A stretch of DNA of 37,899 bases from Alphaproteobacteria bacterium (lineage in GTDB: Bacteria > Pseudomonadota > Alphaproteobacteria > JACAEB01), in NCBI GenBank assembly GCA_013389075.1, contig JACAEB010000155.1, positions 1 to 37,899 on the forward strand, read 5' to 3'. A program made the translations under genes and the position numbers. The first letter of the stretch is position 1. Each line of letters starts with the position of its first letter. A model generated the notes under the pieces. That model did not search any database. It was given only the letters and a program-made list of their open reading frames with translations, and was not told the origin of the DNA. Below are positions 29,093 through 37,899 of this stretch, in pieces.

Positions 29093-29524
29093 TCAGCCGG
29101 CGGCTATGTACTGCTTCAGCGCTTCGGCCTCGAACTCCGTCGCGGCGATCTTCATCTTCACCACGTCGCCGATGGAGACGATGCCGACGAGCTCGCCGCC
29201 GTCCAGCACCGGCAGGTGGCGGATGCGCCGCTCCGTCATCAGCTCCATGAGCTGGTCGACGGTCTCGTCGCCGCCGCAGGTCACGACCTCCTGGGTCATG
29301 AACTCCCGCACGGGGCGCGCGAGGGCGGGGCCGCCATGTTCGGCGAGCGCCCGGACCACGTCCCGCTCGGACAGCACGCCGACGACGCGGCCCGCCGTAT
29401 CGGTGACGACGACGGCGCCGATGCGGTGCTTGGCGAGGAGCTTCGACGCGTCCTCCATCGTATGGCCGCCCTGGACCGTGACGACGCCGCGGCCCTTCTG
29501 CTTCAGGATCGTATGCACCTTCAT
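29093..29524 (-). CDS. CBS domain pair protein
   Basis: IGAVVV..G.LSERD, MT...IRHLPV..GIVSIGDVVK. Confidence 0.93.
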   Translation of the reverse strand: MKVHTILKQKGRGVVTVQGGHTMEDASKLLAKHRIGAVVVTDTAGRVVGVLSERDVVRALAEHGGPALARPVREFMTQEVVTCGGDETVDQLMELMTERRIRHLPVLDGGELVGIVSIGDVVKMKIAATEFEAEALKQYIAAG

Positions 29525-29610
29525 TTTGCGCTCCTATTCACCCGGCGGCCGGGCTTCCCCCCTCCGGCACCGGCCGACTCAGCAAAGAGTGCCCTGCGAC
29601 ATTCTGTCAT

Positions 29611-29656
29611 GCAACCTTGCGGCGCAACATGACCGGATGTTGCAACGCAACCTTGC
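29611..29656. promoter_or_regulatory. Repeat-rich operator-like cluster (PhaR-like TGCnnnGCA cores) in divergent intergenic region
   Basis: TGCGGCGCA at 29618 and TGCAACGCA at 29641. GCAACCTTGC occurs twice (29611, 29647). Inverted repeat GCAACAT-N6-ATGTTGC at 29624-29643. Confidence 0.45.
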
Positions 29657-29735
29657 CGGCCCGTCACGTGACGCTGGCGGCATCGCGGCGGCTCGCCTAC
29701 ACTCCGCCCGCTGCGGGGCCGCGACGGGGGACGAC

Positions 29736-31025
29736 ATGCGCAATCCGCTCTATCTGACCCAGCTCAAGCGGGATCTCGACCGCTGGATCGCGGCGGGCCT
29801 CGTCGAGGCCCGGCACCGCGAGGCGATCCTGGCGAGCGCGGGGGAAGTCCGGCTGATGCAGTCGCTGCCGGCGGTGCTTCTGACCCTCGGCGTCATCCTG
29901 ATCGGCTTCTTCGCCATGTCCTTCGTGGCCGCCAACTGGTCGGCCATGGACAAGCTGCCCAAGCTCCTCATCCTCTTTGGCGCGATGGGTCTTGCCTACG
30001 CCATCGGCGCGCGGCTGATCGCCCGGGGCCGGGGCGCGCTCGGCCAGGCCTTCGTGCTGCTGGGGGTCGCCCTTTTCGGCGTCAACATCATGCTGATCGC
30101 GCAGATCTACCACATCCGCGCGCACGACCCCGACGCGGTGCGGCTCTGGGCGCTCGGCGCGCTCGGGGCGGCGGTGCTGGTGCCCTCGCGGCCCGCGCTC
30201 GCGGCGAGCCTTGTCATCGCCGGCGTGTGGAGCTGGATGGAGGTCGTCGACTATGACGCGGCCGTCCATCTGCCCCACCTCCTCTTCATCGTCGCCGCCG
30301 CGCTCGTGGTTCAGGCCTTCGCCTGGAGCACGGGGCTGCACCTCGTCATGCTGTCCCTGGTGTTCTTCCTCGTGCTGAACGCCGAGGCGCTGCGCGCGCT
30401 GTTCGGCCTGTCCTGGCTCGGCTTCATGGCGGCGCTCTGCCTGCTGCTGCTGACCGGCTGGGCCAAGGGGCAGGTGCTCGAGCGCTTCGGCTATCCCTTC
30501 GCGCGGCTCGTGACCCATTACAGCGTGTTCCTCCTTGCCCTGACCCTCTTCCTCCTCCAGTTCCCCGAAGGACCGGGGACGGCCGGACTCGGCCTGCCGC
30601 TGCTGGGCGGACTCGGCGCGCTCGCCCTCGCCCTGACGGGGGCGGGCTTGCTTCTCGGGCGGGTGTCGCTGCTCGAACTTGTCGGCGCCGTGGGCGTCGT
30701 GGCGCTCGCCATCGGCCTGCCGCTGCTGGTGCCGGGCGACGACAGGGGCGCGGGGCTCCAATGGCTCACGGCCGCCGGCGTCATCGCCTTCTATGTGTGG
30801 ATGGTGACCGTCGGGGCGCGGACCGATGACCGCTTCCTCGTGAACTGGGGCTTCGTCGGCTTCGGCGCCGAGGCCCTCTACATCTATTTCGAGACCTTCG
30901 AGACGCTGCTCGACAGCGCGCTCTTCTTCCTCGTGGGCGGGCTCCTCCTCATCGCGCTCGGCTTCGGGCTCGAGCGGGTCAGGCGCCGCATCCATCCGCA
31001 GGGCGGCACGGAGGGCAAGGCATGA
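29736..31025 (+). CDS. DUF2157-domain polytopic membrane protein
   Basis: ATG 29736. L.RW...GL, FVAANW..M, LIAQIYH and many TM helices. Overlaps the next gene (ATGA). Confidence 0.85.
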   Translation: MRNPLYLTQLKRDLDRWIAAGLVEARHREAILASAGEVRLMQSLPAVLLTLGVILIGFFAMSFVAANWSAMDKLPKLLILFGAMGLAYAIGARLIARGRGALGQAFVLLGVALFGVNIMLIAQIYHIRAHDPDAVRLWALGALGAAVLVPSRPALAASLVIAGVWSWMEVVDYDAAVHLPHLLFIVAAALVVQAFAWSTGLHLVMLSLVFFLVLNAEALRALFGLSWLGFMAALCLLLLTGWAKGQVLERFGYPFARLVTHYSVFLLALTLFLLQFPEGPGTAGLGLPLLGGLGALALALTGAGLLLGRVSLLELVGAVGVVALAIGLPLLVPGDDRGAGLQWLTAAGVIAFYVWMVTVGARTDDRFLVNWGFVGFGAEALYIYFETFETLLDSALFFLVGGLLLIALGFGLERVRRRIHPQGGTEGKA

Positions 31026-31648
31026 TCACGCGTCTGCTCTCCGCCATTCCGGTCTGGCTCCGCATCCTGATCGTCTTCCTCGCCCAGGCGGGGGTCCTTG
31101 GCGCGATGATTGCCGGCAAGATGCACACGCTCCGTACCGGGACGGAGCTGATCCTCGACACGGCGCCCGTCGACCCGCGCGACATCTTCCGCGGCGACTA
31201 TGTGATCCTCAATTACACCCTGTCGCTGGTGCCGGCGCATCTCCTTACCGATCCGGAGGGCGTGAACAGTGGCGACACGCTCTACGTCACGGTCGAGCGG
31301 ACGGCGGAGGGGAGCGCCGGGGCGGTTCTCGGCCTCTCGGAGACCCTGCCCCCGCCCGCGCCGGACCGGGTGACGCTCAAGGGCGTCGTCGACGGGATCC
31401 GTCAGACCGCGCTCGAGGTCGACGCCACCGGCGCCGTCCTGTCCGAGCGCGAGGCGATGCGCTTCCAGATGGTGTACGGCATCGAGAGCTATTTCGTGCC
31501 CGAGGGCGAGGGCGGCGCGCTCGAGGCACTGCGCAATGCCGGCATCGGCGCCCTGCGCGTGCTCGTCGCGGTCGACGCGGAGGGGACCGCCGCGATCAAG
31601 GCCCTCATCGTCAATGGGGAGCGCGTGGCCGAGGAAGGTCTCTTCTGA
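31022..31648 (+). CDS. GDYXXLXY domain-containing protein
   Basis: PVDPRDIFRGDYVILNY, YGIESYFVPEG and an N-terminal TM anchor. Confidence 0.92.
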   Translation: MITRLLSAIPVWLRILIVFLAQAGVLGAMIAGKMHTLRTGTELILDTAPVDPRDIFRGDYVILNYTLSLVPAHLLTDPEGVNSGDTLYVTVERTAEGSAGAVLGLSETLPPPAPDRVTLKGVVDGIRQTALEVDATGAVLSEREAMRFQMVYGIESYFVPEGEGGALEALRNAGIGALRVLVAVDAEGTAAIKALIVNGERVAEEGLF

Positions 31649-31666
31649 GCCCTTGAGGCCGGGGCG

Positions 31667-32005
31667 TCAGATCCCGGCGCCGTCCTCCCCGATGTCCCGG
31701 TCCGCCGCGCGCGGGAAGGGACCGAAGGGGAACGGCTTCTCCTCCCGCACCCACATCACATAGGCGAGCACCTCCCAGAGGTAGCGCGCCAGATTGCGTC
31801 CGAAGCGGACGAGATCGGGATTGTGGTCCTTGTTGACGAGGAAGACGATCACCTGGAACAGCGCCACGGCGAAGACGATCCAGAGCGCGAAATGGAGCAC
31901 CACGCCGAAGGCGATCACGAAGAGGATGCGCGGAAAGACCTCCGGCCACACGTCGCGCTCGGGCGGCGGGGCGGGATCGGGCGTCGTCGGGCGCTCGTCG
32001 GCCAT
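31667..32005 (-). CDS. DUF4389-like small membrane protein
   Basis: GGGAGAG RBS, hydrophobic hairpin, N..L..FG..L..Y and EKPFPF. Confidence 0.8.
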   Translation of the reverse strand: MADERPTTPDPAPPPERDVWPEVFPRILFVIAFGVVLHFALWIVFAVALFQVIVFLVNKDHNPDLVRFGRNLARYLWEVLAYVMWVREEKPFPFGPFPRAADRDIGEDGAGI

Positions 32006-32055
32006 GGGGCTCTCCCTCGATTCGCATGGGCCTGCCGTGCCCAGTATAGGGGTCT

Positions 32056-32805
32056 TCAGACCACGAGTCGCCGCCGCAGGAAGAAGGGCACGGCGAAGAG
32101 CCCCGTGAAATAGCCGCCCAGATGCGCGGCCCAGGCGATGGAAACACCCTCGCCCGCGAGCCCGAAGCCGCCAGCCAGCCCGAACAGCACGTTGATGCCC
32201 GTCCAGACCAGGGTGAAGGCCACGACCCGCCGGTCGGTCACGGAGAGAAGCTGGGGCGCCACGGCATCCGACCCGAAGATGCGCACGCCGGGCAGGAAGA
32301 AGAGCCGCGCCGCGGCGCCCATCAGACCGGATATCGCGCCGGAGGCACCGACCACCGGAACCTCCGAGCCGGGCTCGGTCGCATAGAAGGCGAGGGCTCC
32401 CCCGATGCCCGAAAGGAAATAGAGCGCGAGGAACTCATGCGCGCGCTGGCGGCGGACCATGTACGAGCCGAAGGCCAGCAGCCACAGGCTGTTGAACCCC
32501 ACATGGAGAAATCCCGCATGCAGGAAGGTGTGGGTGACGAGCGAGGCGAGCACCGCGACCTGCGAGGCAGGATCGAGCTGGCCGAAGAGGGAGAGCGCCG
32601 CCGGGATGAAGGAGAAATGCAGCAGCATCCACACCCGCGCCTCGATCGGCAGGACCTGCTCGACGAGGAAGATTCCCCACATGAGGGCGATGAGCACCAC
32701 CACGAGCCCGGGCACGTTGAAGACGGGTTCGGGCCGCAGACGGTAGGGCGAACCCTCCCCGCCCCCTGCCGAGGGACCCGCCAGATCCGTCAGACCCCGC
32801 TTCAC
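32056..32805 (-). CDS. Rhomboid family intramembrane serine protease
   Basis: H.FLH....H..FN, GASGAISG, AHLGG. GTG start overlaps the upstream stop. Confidence 0.93.
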   Translation of the reverse strand: MKRGLTDLAGPSAGGGEGSPYRLRPEPVFNVPGLVVVLIALMWGIFLVEQVLPIEARVWMLLHFSFIPAALSLFGQLDPASQVAVLASLVTHTFLHAGFLHVGFNSLWLLAFGSYMVRRQRAHEFLALYFLSGIGGALAFYATEPGSEVPVVGASGAISGLMGAAARLFFLPGVRIFGSDAVAPQLLSVTDRRVVAFTLVWTGINVLFGLAGGFGLAGEGVSIAWAAHLGGYFTGLFAVPFFLRRRLVV

Positions 32806-33434
32806 CGTGCCTCCGCCTCGCTTGCCGCCACGGCCCGGGCCAGCGCGGCCTCCACGAGCGGCAGACGGTCATTGCCGAAATACATGTCGGTCCCGCCCAC
32901 GAAGAGGGTCGGCGAGCCGAAGCCCCCGCGCGCGATCAGCTCCTCCGTATTGGCGCGCAGCCGGTCCTTGACGTCGGGCCGGGCGATCGCCGCGAAGAAG
33001 GCCTCGGGCTCGAGGCCCGCCTCGGCGCAGACATCGCGCAGCACCTCCGGCCGGGAGATGTCCCGCAGCGCGCCCCAATAGGCCGCGAACACGGCGGCCG
33101 CATAAGGCTCGAGCCGGCCCTCGTCGAGCGCATGGATCGCCCCGCGCATCGCCTCGACCGCCCGCACCGGAAAGACGGGCGGCAGGCCAATGCGGATCCC
33201 GCAATAGCGGGCCCAGTCCTGTAGGTCCTTGGCCGCATAGCGCGCCTTGACGGGGTTGGGATTGGCGCGGGCTTCGTAGACGCCCTGATTGACGGCATTG
33301 AACACGCCCCCGACGAGTATCGGACGCCAGTCTATACGCGCGCCCGTGCGCGCCGCCAGTGCCGGCAGACGCGAGAAGGCGAGATAGGTCCACGGACTCG
33401 AACAGTCGAAGAAGACTTCCAGCGTCGGTGTCAT
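32802..33434 (-). CDS. 2-hydroxychromene-2-carboxylate isomerase / DsbA-like (GST kappa) protein
   Basis: GGAGGAGG RBS. FFDCSSPWTY, FGSPT, YFGNDRL. Confidence 0.92.
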   Translation of the reverse strand: MTPTLEVFFDCSSPWTYLAFSRLPALAARTGARIDWRPILVGGVFNAVNQGVYEARANPNPVKARYAAKDLQDWARYCGIRIGLPPVFPVRAVEAMRGAIHALDEGRLEPYAAAVFAAYWGALRDISRPEVLRDVCAEAGLEPEAFFAAIARPDVKDRLRANTEELIARGGFGSPTLFVGGTDMYFGNDRLPLVEAALARAVAASEAEAR

Positions 33435-33583
33435 GGCGGGCCCCCCTCCTCCCGGCGGCGTTCATCAACTCCCTCATTCGGACCGCCTTGTCCAGCCGCC
33501 GGCCGTCCCGTGCCCGATTGGCACAGCCGCCGCCTTCCCGATGGCCCGATGCACCAATGCGGACCGCAAAAGCGGCGGAGAGC

Positions 33584-33612
33584 GGAACAGCGGGGCTGGC
33601 ATATCGGTTGCA
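33584..33612 (+). promoter_or_regulatory. Overlapping sigma54-like and EcfG-like promoter motifs upstream of hfaA
   Basis: TGGCAT-ATCGG-TTGCA at 33597-33612 (GG-N10-GC) and GGAAC-N17-GGTT at 33584-33609. Confidence 0.55.
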
Positions 33613-33658
33613 ACCCTCCCTCCCGAAATCCTCGTGTTGGAGCCGGGCGGTCAGAGTG

Positions 33659-34096
33659 ATGCGTAGAATGAAGCGGAAATCGGAGACCTGCCTCAAGGTT
33701 TTCGTCGGCAGCGCCGCCCTCGGCGCCGGCCTCGCCTTCGTCGCTGTCGCCTTCGCCTGGGCCCAGGAAGCGAACAGCGGCGGCGAGTTCAACACGCCCT
33801 TCGGGTTCCGGCCCGGCGAAACCGAACAGCCCATCGAAGGCGGCACGCGCGACGAGAACGGCAACCGCCTGATCGTCAATGGGCGGATCATGTCCTCGTC
33901 GAGCTACGCGCACTCCTCGCTCGTCACCGACTATCCCGCGAGCGGCGTGGGCGCAGGCTCGGCCACCGCGATCGGCAACAATCTGACCGTCATCACCGAC
34001 GGCAGCTACAACACCGTTGTCATCAACTCCAACCAGGTCAACAACGGGGACCAGGAGGCTAACGTTGTCCTCAATGGCTCACTCAACCTCGACTGA
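33659..34096 (+). CDS. hfaA: Holdfast anchor protein HfaA (start 33656, 33659 or 33668)
   Basis: Signal peptide ending AWA-Q. TRDENGNRLIVNG and ATAIGNNL.V...G..NTV..N..Q.NNG are characteristic of HfaA. Followed by a CsgG-family gene. Confidence 0.88.
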   Translation: MRRMKRKSETCLKVFVGSAALGAGLAFVAVAFAWAQEANSGGEFNTPFGFRPGETEQPIEGGTRDENGNRLIVNGRIMSSSSYAHSSLVTDYPASGVGAGSATAIGNNLTVITDGSYNTVVINSNQVNNGDQEANVVLNGSLNLD

Positions 34097-35093
34097 AGCC
34101 AGCACGCGCCGGAGATCCGGCCGGACCTGGACTTCCGCCGCCGGATCGCTTGCGCTAGCGGGCCTTCTGTCGGGGTGCATCTCGCCCGTCGCGCTCAGCG
34201 ACGGCCGGTACACCCAGCCGATCGGCAATGCCCCGGTGATCTCGAACGAGACGCCCTATTCCGAACCCCTGCGCTGCATGGGCCGCTACATCGCCTCGCT
34301 CGGCATGGTCTCGCCGCGCATCGCGGTCGGCCGCATCGCGGACTATACGGGCAAGGAGGAATATGAAGGCGGCCGCAAGGTCACCCAGGGCGCCTCGCTC
34401 ATGGCCATCTCCGCGCTCGCCAAGGCCGGCGTGCGCCAGGTGGAACGCTTCGACATCTCCGTGTCCGAGCTCGAGCTGAAATACGCCAACAACCGTCTGA
34501 TTGCGGACGATACTGCGAGCCATGCCTTCCGCCGGATCACCGCCGGCTCGATCCCGGGCAGCGACTACTATCTCGTGGGCGGCATCACCGAGCTCAACTT
34601 CAACATCCGCTCGTTCGGCGGCGATGTCTTCATCGGCGACCTCGACCCGACCGACATGAAGGGCAATGCGGGCGTGAAGCTCTATGTGCTGGACGTCGCG
34701 CTCGACCTGCGGCTGGTCGACACGCAGACGCTCGAAGTGGTGGACGTCGTCTCCTATCAGAAGCAGATCCTCGGCCGCGAGCTGCGCGCCGGCGTGTTCG
34801 ACTTCTTCAACGGCAACATCATCGACATCGGCGTCGGCGAGCGGGCGCTCGAACCCATCCAGCTCGCTGTGCGCTCGGTCATCGAACGCGCCGGCCTCGA
34901 GATGATCTCGAGCATCTACGGCGTGGGACCGGAAGTCTGCGCCGACGCCTTCGGCCCGGCCGGCGACCCGCTGGGCGAGGATCTCAACGGCGACGGCGTC
35001 GCCGACGCGCAGGATCTTCAGCTTCAGCATCGCGAACTGCCCCGCCGGGAGCCCTGGCGCTGGGTTTCGCTCCGGGGGCCGATCACGGAATAA
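34074..35093 (+). CDS. hfaB: Holdfast anchor lipoprotein HfaB (CsgG family)
   Basis: Lipobox LSGC. IAVG.I.DYTGK, VERFD, GGITELNFNI, LDLRLVD, EPIQLAVR. Overlaps the 3' end of hfaA. Confidence 0.9.
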   Translation: MAHSTSTEASTRRRSGRTWTSAAGSLALAGLLSGCISPVALSDGRYTQPIGNAPVISNETPYSEPLRCMGRYIASLGMVSPRIAVGRIADYTGKEEYEGGRKVTQGASLMAISALAKAGVRQVERFDISVSELELKYANNRLIADDTASHAFRRITAGSIPGSDYYLVGGITELNFNIRSFGGDVFIGDLDPTDMKGNAGVKLYVLDVALDLRLVDTQTLEVVDVVSYQKQILGRELRAGVFDFFNGNIIDIGVGERALEPIQLAVRSVIERAGLEMISSIYGVGPEVCADAFGPAGDPLGEDLNGDGVADAQDLQLQHRELPRREPWRWVSLRGPITE

Positions 35094-35117
35094 AGTCCGC
35101 GCGAGCGGGTGGGGAGA

Positions 35118-35160
35118 GGGCGGGCGTGCCGAACCGGGAGGGGGCACGCCCGCTCCATTT
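35118..35160. terminator. Hairpin between convergent hfaB and rnj
   Basis: GCGGGCGTGCC (35120-35130) pairs perfectly with GGCACGCCCGC (35143-35153), followed by a short ATTT. Confidence 0.55.
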
Positions 35161-35231
35161 CGTCCGTGTCCACCTTCGCGGGAAGCCGAAATCCGCCGCC
35201 GGCGGAGTCCGGGTGAGGGTCCGCCGACGGA

Positions 35232-36926
35232 TCACCCCGCCTCGAGCAGGATCACCTCGATATGCGGGCGCTTCGACCAGTGGCGCTTGAGATGGGCGCG
35301 GACCGCCTTGCGCACGGCGAGGTCTACGCTGTCGTCGTCGAGCCGGTCGTCCGGAGACAGACGGTTGACCGAGCGTTCGATCGCGTCCGAGAGGCGCTCG
35401 ATCAGGTCCGCATCCGGTTCGGCCAGTCCCTCGGGCGCGCCGAGGAGGCGGATCTCCGGATCGGCCGAGAGCCGGCCGCGCCGGTCGAAGGCGAGCGCGA
35501 CGATGATGGCGCCCGCGCCCGCGAGCCTTCGCCGCGCGGCAAAGGCCGGGTCGCCGCTGTCGGCGAGCACCTCGCCATCGAGATAGAGCCGCCCCGCATG
35601 GACGTGATCGACGATCTCGGCAGGTCCCGGCGCGAGGCGGAGCATGGCCCCGTTGGGCGCGACGCGCGCCTGGGGCACCTGAAGCTCGCGCGCGAGGGCC
35701 GCGTGTTCCTGCAGGTGCCGGAGCTCGCCATGAACCGGAACGGCGATCTCGGGGCGGATCCACTGATACATGCGGGCAAGCTCGCCCCGGCAGGGATGGC
35801 CCGAGACGTGGACGAAATGATCCTTCTCCGTCAGCACACGGACACCGCGGGCCGCGAGCTGGTTCTGCAGCCCGAAGATCTCGGTCTCGTTGCCCGGGAT
35901 GATGCGGGAGGAGAAGATGACCGTATCGCCCTGGCCCAGCGAGACGTGCGGATGGGTGCCCGCGGCGATGCGCGAGAGGGCCGCGCGCGGCTCGCCCTGG
36001 CTGCCCGTGCAGAGGTAGAGCACGGCGTCATCGGGAAGATAGCCGGCCTCTTCCTCGGAGATGAGCTTCGCCGTGTCGGAGAGATAGCCCGACTCCCGCG
36101 CCGCCCCCGTGATGCGGTGCATGGACCGCCCGATCAGCGCGACGTGACGGCCGGCGGATTCCGCCGCCGCGATCACGGAGGTGAGGCGCGCGACGTTCGA
36201 GGCGAAGGTCGTCACGGCGACCTTGCCCTTGAGCGAGGCGATGAGCTCGACGAGGCTTTCGCGGACGGAGGATTCCGAGCCCGACTCGCCCTCGGTGAAG
36301 ACGTTGGTCGAGTCGCACAGCATGGCGAGCACGCCCTCGCGCCCGATCTCGAGCAGCCGCTTTTCGTCCGTCCGCTGACCGATGAGCGGGTCGGAATCGA
36401 TCTTCCAGTCGCCCGTATGGAAGAGCGTGCCGAGCGGGGTCCGTATGGCGAGCGCGTTGGGCTCGGGGATCGAATGGGTCAGCGTCACATATTCGATGTC
36501 GAAGGGCCCGATGCCGAAGCGCGCGCCGAGCTCGACGATGGTCATGGGCACGGCGCGCTCGAGCCCGGCCTGCGAGAGCTTGTCGCGGACGAGGGCCGCC
36601 GTGAAGCGCGTGGCGTAGACCGGGCATTTGAGGCGCGGCCAGAGGGCGGGCAGCGCGCCGATATGGTCCTCATGCGCATGGGTGAGGACGATGCCGAGGA
36701 GGTCCTTGCGCCGCTCCTCGATGAAGGTGATGTCGGGCAGGATCAGCTCGACGCCCGGCGTCGTGAGGTCGCCGAAGGTTACGCCGATATCGACGATGAT
36801 CCATTGCGGACGCTCGCGCGGTCCGAAGCCGATGAGGCTCAGATTCATGCCGATTTCGCCGCAGCCGCCGAGCGGCACGAAGAGAAGTTCCGTATCCGGA
36901 TGAGAAGGTGACGCCAAAACGCTCAA
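35232..36926 (-). CDS. rnj: Ribonuclease J
   Basis: [43 protein letters not shown]. Confidence 0.97.
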   Translation of the reverse strand: MSVLASPSHPDTELLFVPLGGCGEIGMNLSLIGFGPRERPQWIIVDIGVTFGDLTTPGVELILPDITFIEERRKDLLGIVLTHAHEDHIGALPALWPRLKCPVYATRFTAALVRDKLSQAGLERAVPMTIVELGARFGIGPFDIEYVTLTHSIPEPNALAIRTPLGTLFHTGDWKIDSDPLIGQRTDEKRLLEIGREGVLAMLCDSTNVFTEGESGSESSVRESLVELIASLKGKVAVTTFASNVARLTSVIAAAESAGRHVALIGRSMHRITGAARESGYLSDTAKLISEEEAGYLPDDAVLYLCTGSQGEPRAALSRIAAGTHPHVSLGQGDTVIFSSRIIPGNETEIFGLQNQLAARGVRVLTEKDHFVHVSGHPCRGELARMYQWIRPEIAVPVHGELRHLQEHAALARELQVPQARVAPNGAMLRLAPGPAEIVDHVHAGRLYLDGEVLADSGDPAFAARRRLAGAGAIIVALAFDRRGRLSADPEIRLLGAPEGLAEPDADLIERLSDAIERSVNRLSPDDRLDDDSVDLAVRKAVRAHLKRHWSKRPHIEVILLEAG

Positions 36927-37705
36927 CTCTGCACGGTCCGGGCGGCCCGGCGATGGATGGTCAGAAGGCCGCGCATGGTGAGATCGGGGTCGACATGCTC
37001 GATGACGTCGGTCGAGTGCCGGAAGAGCGCCGCGAGCCCGCCCGTGGAGATGACGGTCATGGGTGCCCCGTATTCGGCCTTGATGCGGGCGACGAGCCCT
37101 TCGATGAGCCCGACATACCCCCAGTAGACCCCCGACTGCATGGCGGGCACGGTATCGGTGCCGATCACCTTCTTCGGGCGCTCGACGGCGATGCGCGGCA
37201 GCTTGGCCGCCGCCTGGTGCAACGCCTCGAGCGACAGATTGATCCCCGGCGCGATCACCCCGCCCTCATAATCGCCCGACGGGCTGACGACATCGAAGGT
37301 CGTGGCCGTGCCGAAATCGATGACGATCAGCGCGCCCTCGTAGGCCGCGTGGGCGGCGACGGCATTGACGAGGCGGTCGGCACCCACGACGTCGGGCCGT
37401 TCGAGATTGATCCTGATGCCGAGATCGAGCTTGGGATCGCCGATCACCCCGGGCTCGGTCCCGAAGAACTTCACGCAGAGCTGGCGCAGCGAGAACAGAG
37501 CCTGCGGAACGACGGTCGAGATGATCGCCTCGGTCACGTCGGCCCGGCCGAGCCCTTCGAGGCCCATGAGCTGGGACAGCCAGACGGTATATTCATCGGC
37601 CGTCCGCGCCGCATTGGTGGAGGCGCGCCACTGGGCGCGCAGAGTCTCGCCCTCGAAGACGGCAAAGACGGTGTTGGTGTTCCCCGCATCGATGGCGAGC
37701 AGCAT
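36923..37705 (-). CDS. coaX: Type III pantothenate kinase
   Basis: ATG 37705 follows GGAGG. IDAGNT, GADR, DFGTATT, GG.I.PG, TGG. Confidence 0.97.
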   Translation of the reverse strand: MLLAIDAGNTNTVFAVFEGETLRAQWRASTNAARTADEYTVWLSQLMGLEGLGRADVTEAIISTVVPQALFSLRQLCVKFFGTEPGVIGDPKLDLGIRINLERPDVVGADRLVNAVAAHAAYEGALIVIDFGTATTFDVVSPSGDYEGGVIAPGINLSLEALHQAAAKLPRIAVERPKKVIGTDTVPAMQSGVYWGYVGLIEGLVARIKAEYGAPMTVISTGGLAALFRHSTDVIEHVDPDLTMRGLLTIHRRAARTVQS

Positions 37706-37706
37706 G

Positions 37707-37898
37707 TCAGGTGCCTCCGGCGAAGAAGACGTCACCCGCCGCGATGCGGGTCGGCGCCTCGCGCCCCGGCTGAGATAGCAGAAGCGCGCCGCCCGCGTCG
37801 ATGCCGTCGAAGCGGCCTTCGAGCGTGCGGTCGGCAAGGCGCGCGACGAGCGGACCGCCGAGGCCCTCCGCCCGCGCGAGCCAGGCCGTCCGGACGGG
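37707..37898 (-). CDS. birA: Biotin--protein ligase C-terminus, truncated by window edge
   Basis: My translation is [14 protein letters not shown]...[15 protein letters not shown]...IAAGDVFF..*. Fits the birA-coaX-rnj order. Confidence 0.88.
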   Translation of the reverse strand, partial: PVRTAWLARAEGLGGPLVARLADRTLEGRFDGIDAGGALLLSQPGREAPTRIAAGDVFFAGGT

Positions 37899-37899
37899 C

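Noticed and set aside
1-37899. CRISPR arrays, tRNA/rRNA, transposases, prophage or defence systems
   Set aside because: No regularly spaced repeats, RNA gene signatures or relevant protein motifs seen, and nearly all of the sequence is accounted for by CDSs.

Overview
High-GC (roughly 70% by eye) alphaproteobacterial chromosomal window, mostly core genes: a 5'-truncated SDR, der-bamB-yfgM-panB, a Cu(I) P1B-ATPase, guaA, mfd-sdhE, recG and rnj-coaX-birA. Accessory genes lie between them: a secreted esterase, a lower-GC VOC gene, an AAC(3)-I-like acetyltransferase, a degenerate EAL protein, a CoA-transferase/SDR/nitronate-monooxygenase group, a DUF2157/GDYXXLXY pair and the holdfast-anchor genes hfaA-hfaB. 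I saw no rRNA, tRNA, CRISPR array, transposase or integrase. Most notable: (1) two tandem ~50%-identical secreted two-cysteine proteins of no family I recognise, each with its own GGAAC-N18-GTT (EcfG-like general stress response) promoter motif; (2) recG broken by one in-frame TAA directly followed by ATG; (3) hfaAB with no hfaD, behind overlapping sigma54-like and EcfG-like motifs; (4) a perfect CsoR-type operator over a probably leaderless copA promoter. Family calls are from motif recognition by eye; no database search was run.
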